Shown: in pieces, positions 10,826 to 21,050 of the stretch
Numbering within the stretch: position 1 is the stretch's first letter
How the letters are laid out: each line of letters opens with the position of its first letter
Origin: Candidatus Omnitrophota bacterium
Lineage (GTDB): Bacteria; Omnitrophota; Gorgyraeia; Zapsychrales; JANLHA01
Reading direction: 5' to 3'
DNA length: 64,000 nt
NCBI GenBank assembly: GCA_022711395.1
Contig: JAKLFA010000001.1
Span: forward strand, 515,277-579,276
Made by a program: the position numbers and the translations under genes
The notes under the pieces: model-generated
What the model saw: only the letters and a program-made list of their open reading frames with translations
The model's database searches: none
What the model was told of the DNA's origin: nothing

Positions 10826-11992
10826 ATGCACAAACGAAACATTTTGATCCTTGGATCCACCGGTTCGATCGGTGTGAACGCGCTGGAGGTGGTCTCGCGG
10901 TTTCCTGAGCGGTTTGAAGTTTTGGGATTAACAGGTTTTGACAGGGACGATGTTCTTTTGAAGCAGGCGGAGCGTTTCCATCCAAAATTTGTTGGTGTTT
11001 CATCTGGGAAAGTAAAGGACGTCGAGGCAAGGCTCTTTGGAAAGGGGATCAAGGTCGTTAACGCTGAGACAGAACTGGAATTTCTGGCGGCGTTAGCGGA
11101 CGTGGATATTGTTCTGATCGCTATTACGGGGCGGGCTGCCCTGGAGCCGTTTTTGACGGCTGTCCGCAGCGGCAAGACCGTTGCGCCAGCCAACAAGGAA
11201 GCCCTGGTCATGATCGGGGATCTGATCATGGAGGAAGCGGCGCAGAACGGGGCGACCGTGATCCCGGTTGATTCGGAACAAAGCGCGATTTTTCAATGCC
11301 TGCAGGGGAAAGACCGGGATTTTTTAAAGAAGGTTTTTTTAACAGCATCGGGCGGAGCGCTCAAGGATGTGGATGTTGAACGTTTCGATGGATTGAGCGT
11401 TGCCAGGATCCTTGATCATCCGCGCTGGAAAATGGGAAGGAAGATCACGGTTGATTCAGCGACCTTGATGAATAAGGGATTTGAGGTGATTGAGGCCATG
11501 CGCCTGTTCGGGCTGCGTGCTGATCAGGTTGAAGTGGTCGTTCATCCGCAGGCGATTATCCATTCGATGGTGGAGTTTTGTGACGGATCGGTCTTGGCCC
11601 AGTTGGGGATCACGGACATGCGGATCCCGATCCAGTTCGCGCTGACATATCCTCAGCGACTGGAATCGGGCCTTAAAGGATTGAATTTTGTAGAGCTGAA
11701 AGAACTGACTTTTGAAAAGCCGGATTTAAAGAAGTTTCCTTCCCTGGCCCTGGCGCTAGACGTCGCCAGGACTGGTGGGACGTTACCGGCGGTTTTGAAT
11801 GCGGCGGATGAAGTGGCTGTGGAATCGTTTTTAAATGGAAGGATCCGCTTTACCCAGGTCTATGATGTTGTGGCGGAGGTCGTTGCGGATCATCGAAGCG
11901 TCTTGTATTCGACTGTTGAAGAAGTTTTGCGGGCCGATCAATGGGCGAGAGAGCGTGCTGTGGAGATCATTGAGCAGCAGGCAAAAGTTTAA
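10826..11992 (+). CDS. dxr: 1-deoxy-D-xylulose 5-phosphate reductoisomerase Dxr
   Basis: N-terminal ILGSTGSIG NADPH-binding motif. About 388 aa. Conserved uppS-cdsA-dxr-rseP order. Confidence 0.95.
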   Translation: MHKRNILILGSTGSIGVNALEVVSRFPERFEVLGLTGFDRDDVLLKQAERFHPKFVGVSSGKVKDVEARLFGKGIKVVNAETELEFLAALADVDIVLIAITGRAALEPFLTAVRSGKTVAPANKEALVMIGDLIMEEAAQNGATVIPVDSEQSAIFQCLQGKDRDFLKKVFLTASGGALKDVDVERFDGLSVARILDHPRWKMGRKITVDSATLMNKGFEVIEAMRLFGLRADQVEVVVHPQAIIHSMVEFCDGSVLAQLGITDMRIPIQFALTYPQRLESGLKGLNFVELKELTFEKPDLKKFPSLALALDVARTGGTLPAVLNAADEVAVESFLNGRIRFTQVYDVVAEVVADHRSVLYSTVEEVLRADQWARERAVEIIEQQAKV

Positions 11993-12019
11993 TCAAAAGA
12001 ACATGATAAAGGTGCGTGC

Positions 12020-13108
12020 ATGAGCACATTGATTTTTTTGGCAGTTTTGAGTATCTTGATCATCGTCCACGAGTGGGGACATTTTTATGCGGCCCGTTGT
12101 CTGGGGGTCGAGGTGGAGCGTTTTTCGATCGGGTTTGGGCCAAAACTTTTTTCCTGGCACTCCAAGGGCACGGAGTTCATGGTCTCAGCCATCCCGCTGG
12201 GAGGGTATGTGAAAATGGCCGGTGATGAACGTAACCAGTGCAAGGGAAAAAAGAACGAGTTCTTTTCTCACAGGCCTCTTCACAGGGCGTTGATCGTGGC
12301 GATGGGGCCAATCATTAATTTTGTGTTCGCGTATGTGTGTTTTTATATGTTATGCGTCGCCGGGCTTCCGGTCTTGGGCACAGTCATCGGAAAGACCATG
12401 GAAGGTTTTCCGGCTGAAGCAGCGGGATTAAGAGCCGGGGACCAAGTGCTTTCGATCAATGGGACATTGATAAAGTCTTGGGAAGAGCTGCAGGATATCG
12501 TGTCCGGGTCGCAAAGTCAGCAATTGGTCTTTGAAATTACGCGCGAAAACAAGCAGCAGTCCGTGACGGTCGCCGCCCGGCAGGAAACGCTGAAGAATAT
12601 TTTTGGTCAAGAAGAGCGGCGCTTGATCGTCGGTATCGAGCCGGGGGAGGAGATATCCTTTTTGCGGTATGGTCCGATCGAGGCTTTGGCAAAAGCGGCT
12701 GATAAGCTTTGGGAGGTCATTTCAATGACCCTCTCAGCGCTGTTCCATGTGGTAACAGGGGCGATGCCCGCGAAAGATGCTTTAGCCGGACCGATCCGCA
12801 TTTTTGACGTGATCGCTGATGCGGCGGCCATGGGCTTGTCTTACTTGGTTCTTGTGATGGCGATCATCAGTGCGAGCTTGGCGCTTTTCAATTTATTCCC
12901 GATCCCGGTCCTGGATGGAGGACATTTGTTCTTGATCGGGATGGAAGTTTTGCGGGGGAAGCCGCTGCCTCTTAAGATCGAAGAGCGCTTCAATCAGGTT
13001 GGGTTCACGCTTTTGATGTGTTTAATGGTCTTTGTTGTCTATAACGATGTGGCGGCTATGGGATGGATCGATCAGGTGAAGAGCTTTTTTAAAGGCCTTA
13101 ATTCATAG
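12020..13108 (+). CDS. rseP: RIP site-2 zinc metalloprotease RseP
   Basis: HEWGHF (HExxH) in TM1, a PDZ domain, and a C-terminal LDGGH motif. Confidence 0.9.
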   Translation: MSTLIFLAVLSILIIVHEWGHFYAARCLGVEVERFSIGFGPKLFSWHSKGTEFMVSAIPLGGYVKMAGDERNQCKGKKNEFFSHRPLHRALIVAMGPIINFVFAYVCFYMLCVAGLPVLGTVIGKTMEGFPAEAAGLRAGDQVLSINGTLIKSWEELQDIVSGSQSQQLVFEITRENKQQSVTVAARQETLKNIFGQEERRLIVGIEPGEEISFLRYGPIEALAKAADKLWEVISMTLSALFHVVTGAMPAKDALAGPIRIFDVIADAAAMGLSYLVLVMAIISASLALFNLFPIPVLDGGHLFLIGMEVLRGKPLPLKIEERFNQVGFTLLMCLMVFVVYNDVAAMGWIDQVKSFFKGLNS

Positions 13109-13123
13109 TTCAAGGAGGGGCGC

Positions 13124-14404
13124 ATGGTCAGTGAAGAGATCCGAAGTCGGGTAAGCAGGCATTTGATCCAGCATACGGACTTTTTGAAGGTGAAGGACCG
13201 CATGAGGGAAGATGAGCTGCGGGTTTTTGTCGATCATGCCATCAGCGAGATGTGTTACGAAGAGCATATCGATCTGGCGACTGAGGAACGGATCGCCCTG
13301 GTGCGCGAATTCGTGATGGCAACCGTCAGCCTGGGCCCTTTGCGTCCTCTCATGGAGGATGACACGATCGCTGAGGTCATGGTGAATGCTCCGGACAAGG
13401 TTTTTATTCAGCGTCATGGTAAGATCCTGCTTTCGGATGTGAAGTTTGACAGTGTTCAGCATGTGATCCACACAGTGCAGAAGATCCTGGCGGCTTCAGG
13501 GACCAATCAACGCGTCGATGAATCTTCGCCTTATGCGGATTTTTCTTTGCCCGATGGCGCCCGCGTGAACGTTATTATGCCTCCATGTACCTTATCAGGG
13601 CCGATCTTGACGATCCGGAAATTTTCCAAAGAGATCAATTCTTTGGACGACTTGATCCGGCTTAAGATGCTTGACCAGAAGATGGCGGCATTCCTTGTCG
13701 CATGCATTCAGGCGAAATTAAACATTGTTTTTTGTGGTTCGACCGGTACTGGTAAGACGACAACGCTCAATGTCCTTTCACGCCATATTTCAGAGGAAGA
13801 GCGTATCATTACGATCGAGGATACACCGGAGTTGCGTTTGAAGCAGGAGCATGTCGTGACCCTTCAAACAAAACCGGCCAACATTGAAGGACGTGGTGAG
13901 ATCACGATCCAGGATTTGTTCATCAATTCGTTGAGAATGCGGCCGGACCGGATCATTATCGGTGAGGTTCGTTCCCATGAAATGATGGACCTGATTCAGT
14001 CGATCGCTTCCGGGCATTCGGGGTCTTTAGCGGTCGTGCACGCGGACTCTCCGGAAGATTGCGTTGACCGTATGGTTACCATGATCATGATGGCGGGGCT
14101 TAAGCTGAGTCTGCCGGAGATCCGCAAACAGATCGGACGCGCGATCGATCTGGTCGTTCATATCGAGCTGTTCAAGGATGGCGTGCGGCGCATCACCAAT
14201 ATCACGGATGTGTATTATGATTTGGAAAAGAAGGATGCGCTGCTGCGGGATATTTTCCGTTTTGTGCAGGATGGCAAGGAGGAGGATGGTTCAAAAGTGA
14301 TCGGCCATTGGGACCTTGATAAGCGGATGCCTTCATTCATGACCAAGTTTGACCGGCATGACATCCGTTTGCCGGATGGTTTTTTTGAGAAGGGAAAAAG
14401 TTAA
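13124..14404 (+). CDS. CpaF/TadA-type (VirB11 superfamily) secretion ATPase, orphan
   Basis: Walker A GSTGTGKTT, Walker B RPDRIIIGEVR, His-box GHSGSLAVVHADSPED, about 426 aa. GGAGGGG RBS upstream. Stop overlaps the proS start (TAATG). Confidence 0.8.
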   Translation: MVSEEIRSRVSRHLIQHTDFLKVKDRMREDELRVFVDHAISEMCYEEHIDLATEERIALVREFVMATVSLGPLRPLMEDDTIAEVMVNAPDKVFIQRHGKILLSDVKFDSVQHVIHTVQKILAASGTNQRVDESSPYADFSLPDGARVNVIMPPCTLSGPILTIRKFSKEINSLDDLIRLKMLDQKMAAFLVACIQAKLNIVFCGSTGTGKTTTLNVLSRHISEEERIITIEDTPELRLKQEHVVTLQTKPANIEGRGEITIQDLFINSLRMRPDRIIIGEVRSHEMMDLIQSIASGHSGSLAVVHADSPEDCVDRMVTMIMMAGLKLSLPEIRKQIGRAIDLVVHIELFKDGVRRITNITDVYYDLEKKDALLRDIFRFVQDGKEEDGSKVIGHWDLDKRMPSFMTKFDRHDIRLPDGFFEKGKS

Positions 14405-15669
14405 TGTATTGGACGAAATATTTTATTCCGACTTTAAAAGAGAATCCTGCTGGGGCTGAAGCTGTCAGTCACCAGCTTTCACTGCGGGCAGGATTAGTCA
14501 ATATGCTGACGGCCGGGGTGTATTCCTATTTGCCGTTGGGCCTGAGAGTTTTGAACCGGATCGAATCAGTGATCAGGCAGGAAATGAACGAAGCCGGCGC
14601 CCATGAGGTTTTTTTGCCGTGTTTGCACCCCATCGAGATCTGGGAAAAAACGGGCCGGGTAGAGAGCATGAAAGATGTTATGATCCGTTTTGAGGACCAG
14701 CGGGGCCGCAGGCTTTGTCTGGGGCCGACCCATGAAGAGATCATTACGCATTTGGCGCAGCAGTATATCCATTCCTATCGCCAGTTGCCGGTCAATTTAT
14801 ATCAGATCCAGACAAAGTTCCGTGATGAATTGCGTCCCCGGTTCGGGATCGTAAGGGCTGCGGAATTCATCATGAAAGATGCCTATAGTTTTGACCGTGA
14901 TGAAAAGGGCCTTAAAAAGAGCTACGATCTGATGTATCAGGCCTATCAGCGCATTTTTAAACGCTGCGGGCTGGATATCGTGATCGTGGAGGCGGATTCT
15001 GGGGCGATGGGCGGAAGCATTTCGCATGAATTCATGGTGGAAAGCCCGATCGGTGAGGATGCCATCGCTGCGTGTCCGGCTTGCGGTTATCGGGGGGCTC
15101 TTCCGACGGATTTCAGCGAGGGGGGGTCGGCTTGCCCAAAATGTAACGGACCCCTTGTTAAAAAATCGGCGCTTGAGATCGGGCATGTCTTTCAGCTCGG
15201 GACAAAATACAGCAATTCTTTGAACGCGGTCTTTCTGGATGAGGACGGCAAACAAAAGCCGATGATCATGGGGTGTTACGGGATCGGGGTCAGCCGTTTG
15301 ATCGCAGCGGTGATCGAATGCCTTCATGATGAAAAGGGTATCGTTTGGCCGGTCGAGATCGCTCCGTTTCAGGTCGAGGTTCTGGCGTTGCAGGTCACGG
15401 ACGTTGCTGTTATGGATCTCGCTGAAAAACTTTACAACGGTCTAAGGAACTGTGGTTTGGACGCCCTTTTGGATGACAGGGATGAAAGCGCCGGGCGGAA
15501 ATTCAACGACGCGGAGCTGATCGGTATTCCCTACGCTATCGTTGTGGGTAAGCGCGGCGCAGCGGAGGGGATCGTAGAGCTAAAAGACCGCAGGACCAAT
15601 AGCACCGAAAAATTTCCGGTCAATGAAGCCGTGGATATTTGTCTGAAGAAACTGGGCAGGGGAGTTTGA
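14404..15669 (+). CDS. proS: Prolyl-tRNA synthetase, short bacterial-type lacking the INS editing domain, with a Cys4 insertion
   Basis: Class II aaRS motifs (FRDELRPRFGIVRAAEFIMKDAYSF; GCYGIGVSRL) and a C-terminal anticodon-binding domain. CPACGY...CPKCNG lies between motifs 2 and 3. 421 aa. Confidence 0.9.
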   Translation: MYWTKYFIPTLKENPAGAEAVSHQLSLRAGLVNMLTAGVYSYLPLGLRVLNRIESVIRQEMNEAGAHEVFLPCLHPIEIWEKTGRVESMKDVMIRFEDQRGRRLCLGPTHEEIITHLAQQYIHSYRQLPVNLYQIQTKFRDELRPRFGIVRAAEFIMKDAYSFDRDEKGLKKSYDLMYQAYQRIFKRCGLDIVIVEADSGAMGGSISHEFMVESPIGEDAIAACPACGYRGALPTDFSEGGSACPKCNGPLVKKSALEIGHVFQLGTKYSNSLNAVFLDEDGKQKPMIMGCYGIGVSRLIAAVIECLHDEKGIVWPVEIAPFQVEVLALQVTDVAVMDLAEKLYNGLRNCGLDALLDDRDESAGRKFNDAELIGIPYAIVVGKRGAAEGIVELKDRRTNSTEKFPVNEAVDICLKKLGRGV

Positions 15670-15673
15670 CAAT

Positions 15674-16129
15674 ATGGCAACAGAGGATCTGATAAAAACC
15701 ATACGCGTTGAGATCGCGCCTTTTTTGGCCGATGCAGGATTGGAATTGTTTGACTGCAAGGTGACGGTCCATCATAGCACAAAGAGGATCGATCTGCTGG
15801 TCGATAAGCCTCAAGGCGGGATTTCTTTGGATGAATGCGCGGAATTCAACCGAAAGGTTTCGCAACAGATGGATTTGGATGAGTATTTAAAGGATTTTGA
15901 TGTCAATGTTTCATCGCCGGGCCTGGACTATCCAATGCGCAACGCGTTGGATTTTAAGAGGGTCATCGGGCGGATGGTGAGGGTTCATATGAAGGCCCCT
16001 TCTGACGGGCCGTTGCAATATGAAGGACAGCTTAAGAATGTTCATGAAGGCCGGATCGTGATGATGATCGGAGATGATGAACAGGTGATAGAAATTCAGG
16101 ATATACAAAAAGGCGTTCAACTGATTTAA
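15674..16129 (+). CDS. rimP: Ribosome maturation factor RimP
   Basis: DUF150 signature VSSPGLDYP. Conserved position upstream of nusA. Confidence 0.85.
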   Translation: MATEDLIKTIRVEIAPFLADAGLELFDCKVTVHHSTKRIDLLVDKPQGGISLDECAEFNRKVSQQMDLDEYLKDFDVNVSSPGLDYPMRNALDFKRVIGRMVRVHMKAPSDGPLQYEGQLKNVHEGRIVMMIGDDEQVIEIQDIQKGVQLI

Positions 16130-16143
16130 GGAAGGATTGTATT

Positions 16144-17397
16144 ATGGATAATTTAGAATTACTTGCAATACTCGATCAATTGGAGCGGGATAAGGGTATT
16201 GATAAAGAGGTTTTGATCCAAGCCGTGGAGGCCGCGGTGGCTTCTGCGGCCCGTAAGGTCTGGACCGTTGAGAACGAAGAGGAAGTCCGTGTCATTTTGG
16301 ACCGCAAGACGGGACGCCTGACGGCTTACGCGGATAATCAGGAGATCCGTTCCAGCGAGTTCGGCCGGATCGCGGCACAAACAGCCAAACAGGTCGTTAT
16401 TCAAAAGATCCGTGAAGCGGAAAAAGACGTTGTTTTCAATGAATATAAATCACGGGAAGGCCAGATTGTCAGCGGAAGTGTTTACCGGTTTGAACGCGGC
16501 AATCTTATCATTGATCTGGGAAAGACGGAAGGGTTCATTCCCCGCAGTGAGCAGTCCCCGAAAGAGGAATTTAAACAGGGGGACAGGATCAAGGTCCTGG
16601 TCAAAGAGGTGGCTCGCGAAACGCGGGGGCCACAGATCATTCTGTCACGGGCTGAGCCTTTGTTGGTGAAGCGTTTGTTCGAACTGGAAGTGCCGGAGAT
16701 CTACGAAGGGATCGTTGAAATTAAATCGATCTCCCGGACAGTCGGTGACCGCTCCAAGATCGCGGTTTCTTCCAAGGACGAGAAAGTGGATTGTGTCGGA
16801 GCCTGTGTCGGATTAAGGGGCGCCCGCGTAAAGAACATCGTCTCCGAACTGCAGGGCGAGAAGATCGATATTGTCCGGTATTCTGATGATATCAAGGAGT
16901 ATATTCAGGCCGCACTTTCTCCCGCGGAGATCTCCCAGATCCAGTTGAATTATGAGGAGAAGAAAGCGAACCTGATCGTGGCGGATGATCAGCTGTCTTT
17001 GGCGATCGGGAAAAAGGGCCAGAATGTCCGGCTGGCCAGCGAATTGGTCGGATGGGAATTAAACATCTTTACTGCTGAAAAATGGGCGTTGCATCAGCAG
17101 GAGGTCGAGGGGGGAGAGGCCTCTGCAGAAACGGAGAACAAGTCTTCGGACAGTGAGCAGGGCGCTGTTTCCAACCAGACGGATGAGGTTTCTGCCCCGG
17201 GAAATGGATCCGACCTGACCAGCTTGTCCGGCGTCGGAGAAAAGATCGTTGCCGCATTGGCTGAAGCAGGGTTTACGACCCTGGAACAGCTGGCGTCCGC
17301 TTCGGTTGACGATTTGACAGTTATTAAGGGTTTGGGTAAAATGAAGGCCGAATCCATTATTTCACAGGCGAAGGCTTTGGTGGACGGAAAACTATAG
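16144..17397 (+). CDS. nusA: Transcription termination/antitermination factor NusA
   Basis: NTD, S1, KH1 and KH2 followed by an acidic region with an HhH (GVGEKIVAALAEAGF). Confidence 0.95.
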   Translation: MDNLELLAILDQLERDKGIDKEVLIQAVEAAVASAARKVWTVENEEEVRVILDRKTGRLTAYADNQEIRSSEFGRIAAQTAKQVVIQKIREAEKDVVFNEYKSREGQIVSGSVYRFERGNLIIDLGKTEGFIPRSEQSPKEEFKQGDRIKVLVKEVARETRGPQIILSRAEPLLVKRLFELEVPEIYEGIVEIKSISRTVGDRSKIAVSSKDEKVDCVGACVGLRGARVKNIVSELQGEKIDIVRYSDDIKEYIQAALSPAEISQIQLNYEEKKANLIVADDQLSLAIGKKGQNVRLASELVGWELNIFTAEKWALHQQEVEGGEASAETENKSSDSEQGAVSNQTDEVSAPGNGSDLTSLSGVGEKIVAALAEAGFTTLEQLASASVDDLTVIKGLGKMKAESIISQAKALVDGKL

Positions 17398-17453
17398 GTC
17401 TTCCTTGCGGTAATGGATTATTTTTAATTAGACGTTTTAACGAAAAGAGTCCC

Positions 17454-20039
17454 ATGAAAGTTTCAGAACTTGCAAAAGAATTCAAGACATCAACCGACAA
17501 GGTTTTAGATAAGCTCAGGACCTTGCATTTAAAGGCGAAAGACGGCGATCAGGATCTGAGCAAGGCGGTCGTTACTGTTCTCAAGACGGAGCTTCTCAAG
17601 GACCTGAAAGAGAATGCCCAAAAGGCCGAATCGGCCGCGCGTGCTCCTCGCCGCCGGCGGATTTCGGATATTGTTTTGAGCGGTAAAGATCTCGATACGG
17701 TCTTCCCTGATAAGGACAAAAAGAAGGGCAAGGGTGTTGAGAAGGATGAGCAGCCGAAAGAATCCAAAAAAGACGCCAAACAGAAAGCTGCGGACGGGGA
17801 GGCCGGATCCGGGGAGGCCCTTCCATCAGAAAATGAGATGACAAAAGCAGCCCCTGAAGCGGTTGTTGCCGGTGCCGGACCGTCCCCTGTGAAGGGCGAG
17901 GGTGAGCAATCTAAAGCGGTGGAGGAGCTTTCTCCTGAAGAAAAACGCATTTCAGATGCGATGAAAGCCGCTGCTGAAGCTGACGCTTTGATCGAGGCCT
18001 CCAAGGACGCATCGAAACAGCGTGTTCCTACAAAGGCCAAGCATGAAAAGGGGCACAAAGAAGAGGTTGAGGAAGAAGAGGGTGTCCGTCCTAAATTTGT
18101 GAAAGGCAAGAAGGTTGTCAAGGCGAAAGCGGTGATTGAGCCGTTCATTCCGTTAAAACCTTTCAATAAAAAGAAGAAAAAGCATAAGGGAGTGGAAATT
18201 CTTGAAACGAAGACCCAGCCGGGTTTGACGAGCGCCGAGCGGCAGGCTGTTTTAGAAACGTCAGACTTTGCTCCGGACCAGCTTAAGCCTCTTGAGGTCC
18301 GTATACCGGTAACGGTCAAAGACTTCGCCAACACGATCAATCAAAAGACGGGTATTGTCCTTCAGAAATTGATCCAGATGAATGTTTTTGCCAATATCAA
18401 TCAGAATCTTGGGGAAGATGTTGTCGCGGAATTGGCGAAGGCGTTTGGTTATGAATATGTGAAGGTCAAAACCCAGGAGGAACAGCTTTTGGAAGAGCAT
18501 CGGGAGGAAGAGGATGACCCGAGCCAGCTTCAGCCGAGAGCGCCCGTGGTCACGTTTATGGGTCATGTTGACCACGGAAAGACGTCGTTGCTGGACCGGA
18601 TCCGCAAGAGCCAGGTCGCTGACAGTGAGCATGGGGGGATCACGCAACATATCGGGGCTTATTCGGTTATTGTTCCTCGAGGGACGATCACGTTTTTGGA
18701 TACGCCAGGCCATGAGGCATTCACCGCCATGAGGGCCAGGGGTGCGCATATCACGGATATCGTTGTGCTGGTCGTGGCGGCTGATGAGGGGATCATGCCT
18801 CAGACGGATGAAGCGATCGCGCATGCCCGGGCTGCCGAAGTTCCGATCGTTGTGGCCCTTAATAAAATGGACCGGGAAGGGGCGGACCCTGACCGTGTCA
18901 AAAAGCAGTTGAGCGATCGTGGCCTTTTGACAGAAGACTGGGGAGGGCACACCATCGCGGTTCCCGTTTCGGCGTCGACCGGAGAAGGTGTTGAACAGCT
19001 TCTTGAAATGATTTTGCTTGAGTCAGAGATGCTTGAGCTAAAAGCGAATAAGGATAAAAAAGCATCCGGGATCGTTGTGGAAGCCCACTTGAGCGGTGGA
19101 CGTGGTTCGGTGGCGACGATGATCGTTCAGGCGGGGACGCTTCGGCTGAATGATTTCTTGGTGGTTGGGTCCTGCATGGGCAAGGTCAAGGCGATGTTCG
19201 ATGGCCGTGGCCGCTCCCTGTCCGAAGCCGGACCTTCTACGCCCGTTGAGGTTTTGGGTATTGAAGGTGTTCCGGATGCAGGGTCGATGTTTTATGTTGT
19301 TGAGGATGAGCGGACAGCCAGGGATATTTCCCAACGGCGGCAGGAACAATTAAAAGGGAGCCGTTTGAGTGCGCAGAAAAGAGTGACTTTGGAGGACCTT
19401 TATTCACAGATCCAGGCCGGCCAGATCCGGGAACTGAACGTGATCCTAAAGGCTGATGTGCAGGGTTCTCTTGAGGCTTTGTGTGATTCTTTGGCCAAAA
19501 TCCCGTCTGAAGAAGTGAAAGTCAAGTTTATTCATATGGGAGTGGGAGATGTTAATACATCGGACGTGATCCTGGCGGTCGCCTCCAACGCGATCATCAT
19601 TGCGTTTCATGTCGGTGTTGACCCGCGCGCGGCCCAGGAGTTGGAGAAAACCCCGGTCGACGTCCGGCAGTATCGCATCATTTATGACGCGGTCAATGAT
19701 ATGCGCAAGTCCCTTGAGGGCCTTTTGGCTCCCAGGATCAACCGTCGTTTTCTGGGAAGGATTGAAGTCCGGCAAGTGTTCAAATTGAGCAAGTCCGGAA
19801 TGGTCGCCGGTTGTTTTGTGGTCAAAGGACGGGCGGCTCGCAAGATGAAAGTCGATGTGGTCCGTGACGGTGAGGTTGTCCATACCGGTGAGATCGGGAC
19901 CTTGAAACGGTTTAAGGACGATGTGCGCGAGGTCCTTGAGGGGTATGAATGCGGCTTGACGTTGAATAATTACGACAAGTTGGTGGAAGGTGATATCCTG
20001 GAACTTTATGATCTGGAACAGATCGCTCGGACTTTATAA
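17454..20039 (+). CDS. infB: Translation initiation factor IF-2
   Basis: K/E-rich N-terminal region, a G-domain ([24 protein letters not shown]) and C-terminal beta-barrel domains. 861 aa. Confidence 0.95.
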   Translation: MKVSELAKEFKTSTDKVLDKLRTLHLKAKDGDQDLSKAVVTVLKTELLKDLKENAQKAESAARAPRRRRISDIVLSGKDLDTVFPDKDKKKGKGVEKDEQPKESKKDAKQKAADGEAGSGEALPSENEMTKAAPEAVVAGAGPSPVKGEGEQSKAVEELSPEEKRISDAMKAAAEADALIEASKDASKQRVPTKAKHEKGHKEEVEEEEGVRPKFVKGKKVVKAKAVIEPFIPLKPFNKKKKKHKGVEILETKTQPGLTSAERQAVLETSDFAPDQLKPLEVRIPVTVKDFANTINQKTGIVLQKLIQMNVFANINQNLGEDVVAELAKAFGYEYVKVKTQEEQLLEEHREEEDDPSQLQPRAPVVTFMGHVDHGKTSLLDRIRKSQVADSEHGGITQHIGAYSVIVPRGTITFLDTPGHEAFTAMRARGAHITDIVVLVVAADEGIMPQTDEAIAHARAAEVPIVVALNKMDREGADPDRVKKQLSDRGLLTEDWGGHTIAVPVSASTGEGVEQLLEMILLESEMLELKANKDKKASGIVVEAHLSGGRGSVATMIVQAGTLRLNDFLVVGSCMGKVKAMFDGRGRSLSEAGPSTPVEVLGIEGVPDAGSMFYVVEDERTARDISQRRQEQLKGSRLSAQKRVTLEDLYSQIQAGQIRELNVILKADVQGSLEALCDSLAKIPSEEVKVKFIHMGVGDVNTSDVILAVASNAIIIAFHVGVDPRAAQELEKTPVDVRQYRIIYDAVNDMRKSLEGLLAPRINRRFLGRIEVRQVFKLSKSGMVAGCFVVKGRAARKMKVDVVRDGEVVHTGEIGTLKRFKDDVREVLEGYECGLTLNNYDKLVEGDILELYDLEQIARTL

Positions 20040-20045
20040 TCTTTC

Positions 20046-21050
20046 ATGATGAAACCGAATCCTAAAAAGAGGGTTTTTAGCGGAATGCGGCCCACGGGTC
20101 GTTTGCATCTGGGCCATCTCGTCGGGGCCTTATCGAACTGGTCTAAACTTCAGGATCAGTATGATTGCATCTTCTCGGTGGCGGATTGGCATGCCTTGAT
20201 GGGGGAATATGAGAATGCCTCCCGCATGACGGAGTATAGTTTTGAGATGGTTTTGGACTGGCTGGCCTGCGGGATCGACCCAAAGCGCGCGATCATTTTC
20301 ATCCAGTCCCAGATCCCGGCGCATTTGGAATTGCAAATGATCTTCAGCTGTTTGACTCCGTTAGGGTGGCTGGAACGCAATCCGACCTATAAAGAGCAAC
20401 TTCGTGAGATCACTTCCCGGGATATTCAAACCTATGCTTTCTTGGGGTATCCCGTCCTTCAAGCGGCGGACATTCTGCTTTATAAGGCCCAAGCTGTGCC
20501 GGTGGGGGAAGATCAGCTTCCGCATATTGAACTGGCCCGGGAGATCGCCCGGCGTTTTAATTTTCTTTACAAAACAGAACTTTTCCAGGATTGTGATGCG
20601 ATCCTTACGCCTACACCCCGTTTGTTGGGGTTGGATGGGCGGAAAATGAGTAAGAGCTACGAAAACGCGATCAACCTTTCGGATTCTGAAGAAATTGTCC
20701 GCGAAAAGATCAGCAAGATGTTCACAGACCCGAAGAGACTCCGCTTGAAGGATCCGGGCCATCCTGACCAATGCAATGTTTATAGTTATTATCAGATCTT
20801 TGCTTCGGAACAGACTTCCGCGGTCCATGAATGGTGCACGGCGGCGGCCAAGGGTTGCACGGAGTGTAAGGGGATCCTGGCGGACCGTATGATCTCCGTT
20901 TTGCGGCCGATCCAGGAACGCCGGCAGGCCTATGCCAGCAAGCCGGATGTGGTCAAAGACATTTTAAAAGAAGGGCAGCAAAAGGCCCAGGCGATCGCTA
21001 GTGAGACCATGCAGCAGGTCAGGGAGGCAGTGTTCAAACATGAGCTATAA
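20046..21050 (+). CDS. trpS: Tryptophanyl-tRNA synthetase TrpS
   Basis: Class I HIGH motif (TGRLHLGHLVG) and KMSKS (KMSKS present). Confidence 0.95.
   Translation: MMKPNPKKRVFSGMRPTGRLHLGHLVGALSNWSKLQDQYDCIFSVADWHALMGEYENASRMTEYSFEMVLDWLACGIDPKRAIIFIQSQIPAHLELQMIFSCLTPLGWLERNPTYKEQLREITSRDIQTYAFLGYPVLQAADILLYKAQAVPVGEDQLPHIELAREIARRFNFLYKTELFQDCDAILTPTPRLLGLDGRKMSKSYENAINLSDSEEIVREKISKMFTDPKRLRLKDPGHPDQCNVYSYYQIFASEQTSAVHEWCTAAAKGCTECKGILADRMISVLRPIQERRQAYASKPDVVKDILKEGQQKAQAIASETMQQVREAVFKHEL

Noticed and set aside
17700-18250. Repetitive K/E/A-rich segment in infB and the acidic repeats at the nusA C-terminus, considered as repeat elements.
   Set aside because: These are normal low-complexity linker regions of IF-2 and NusA, in frame and without nucleotide-level periodicity.
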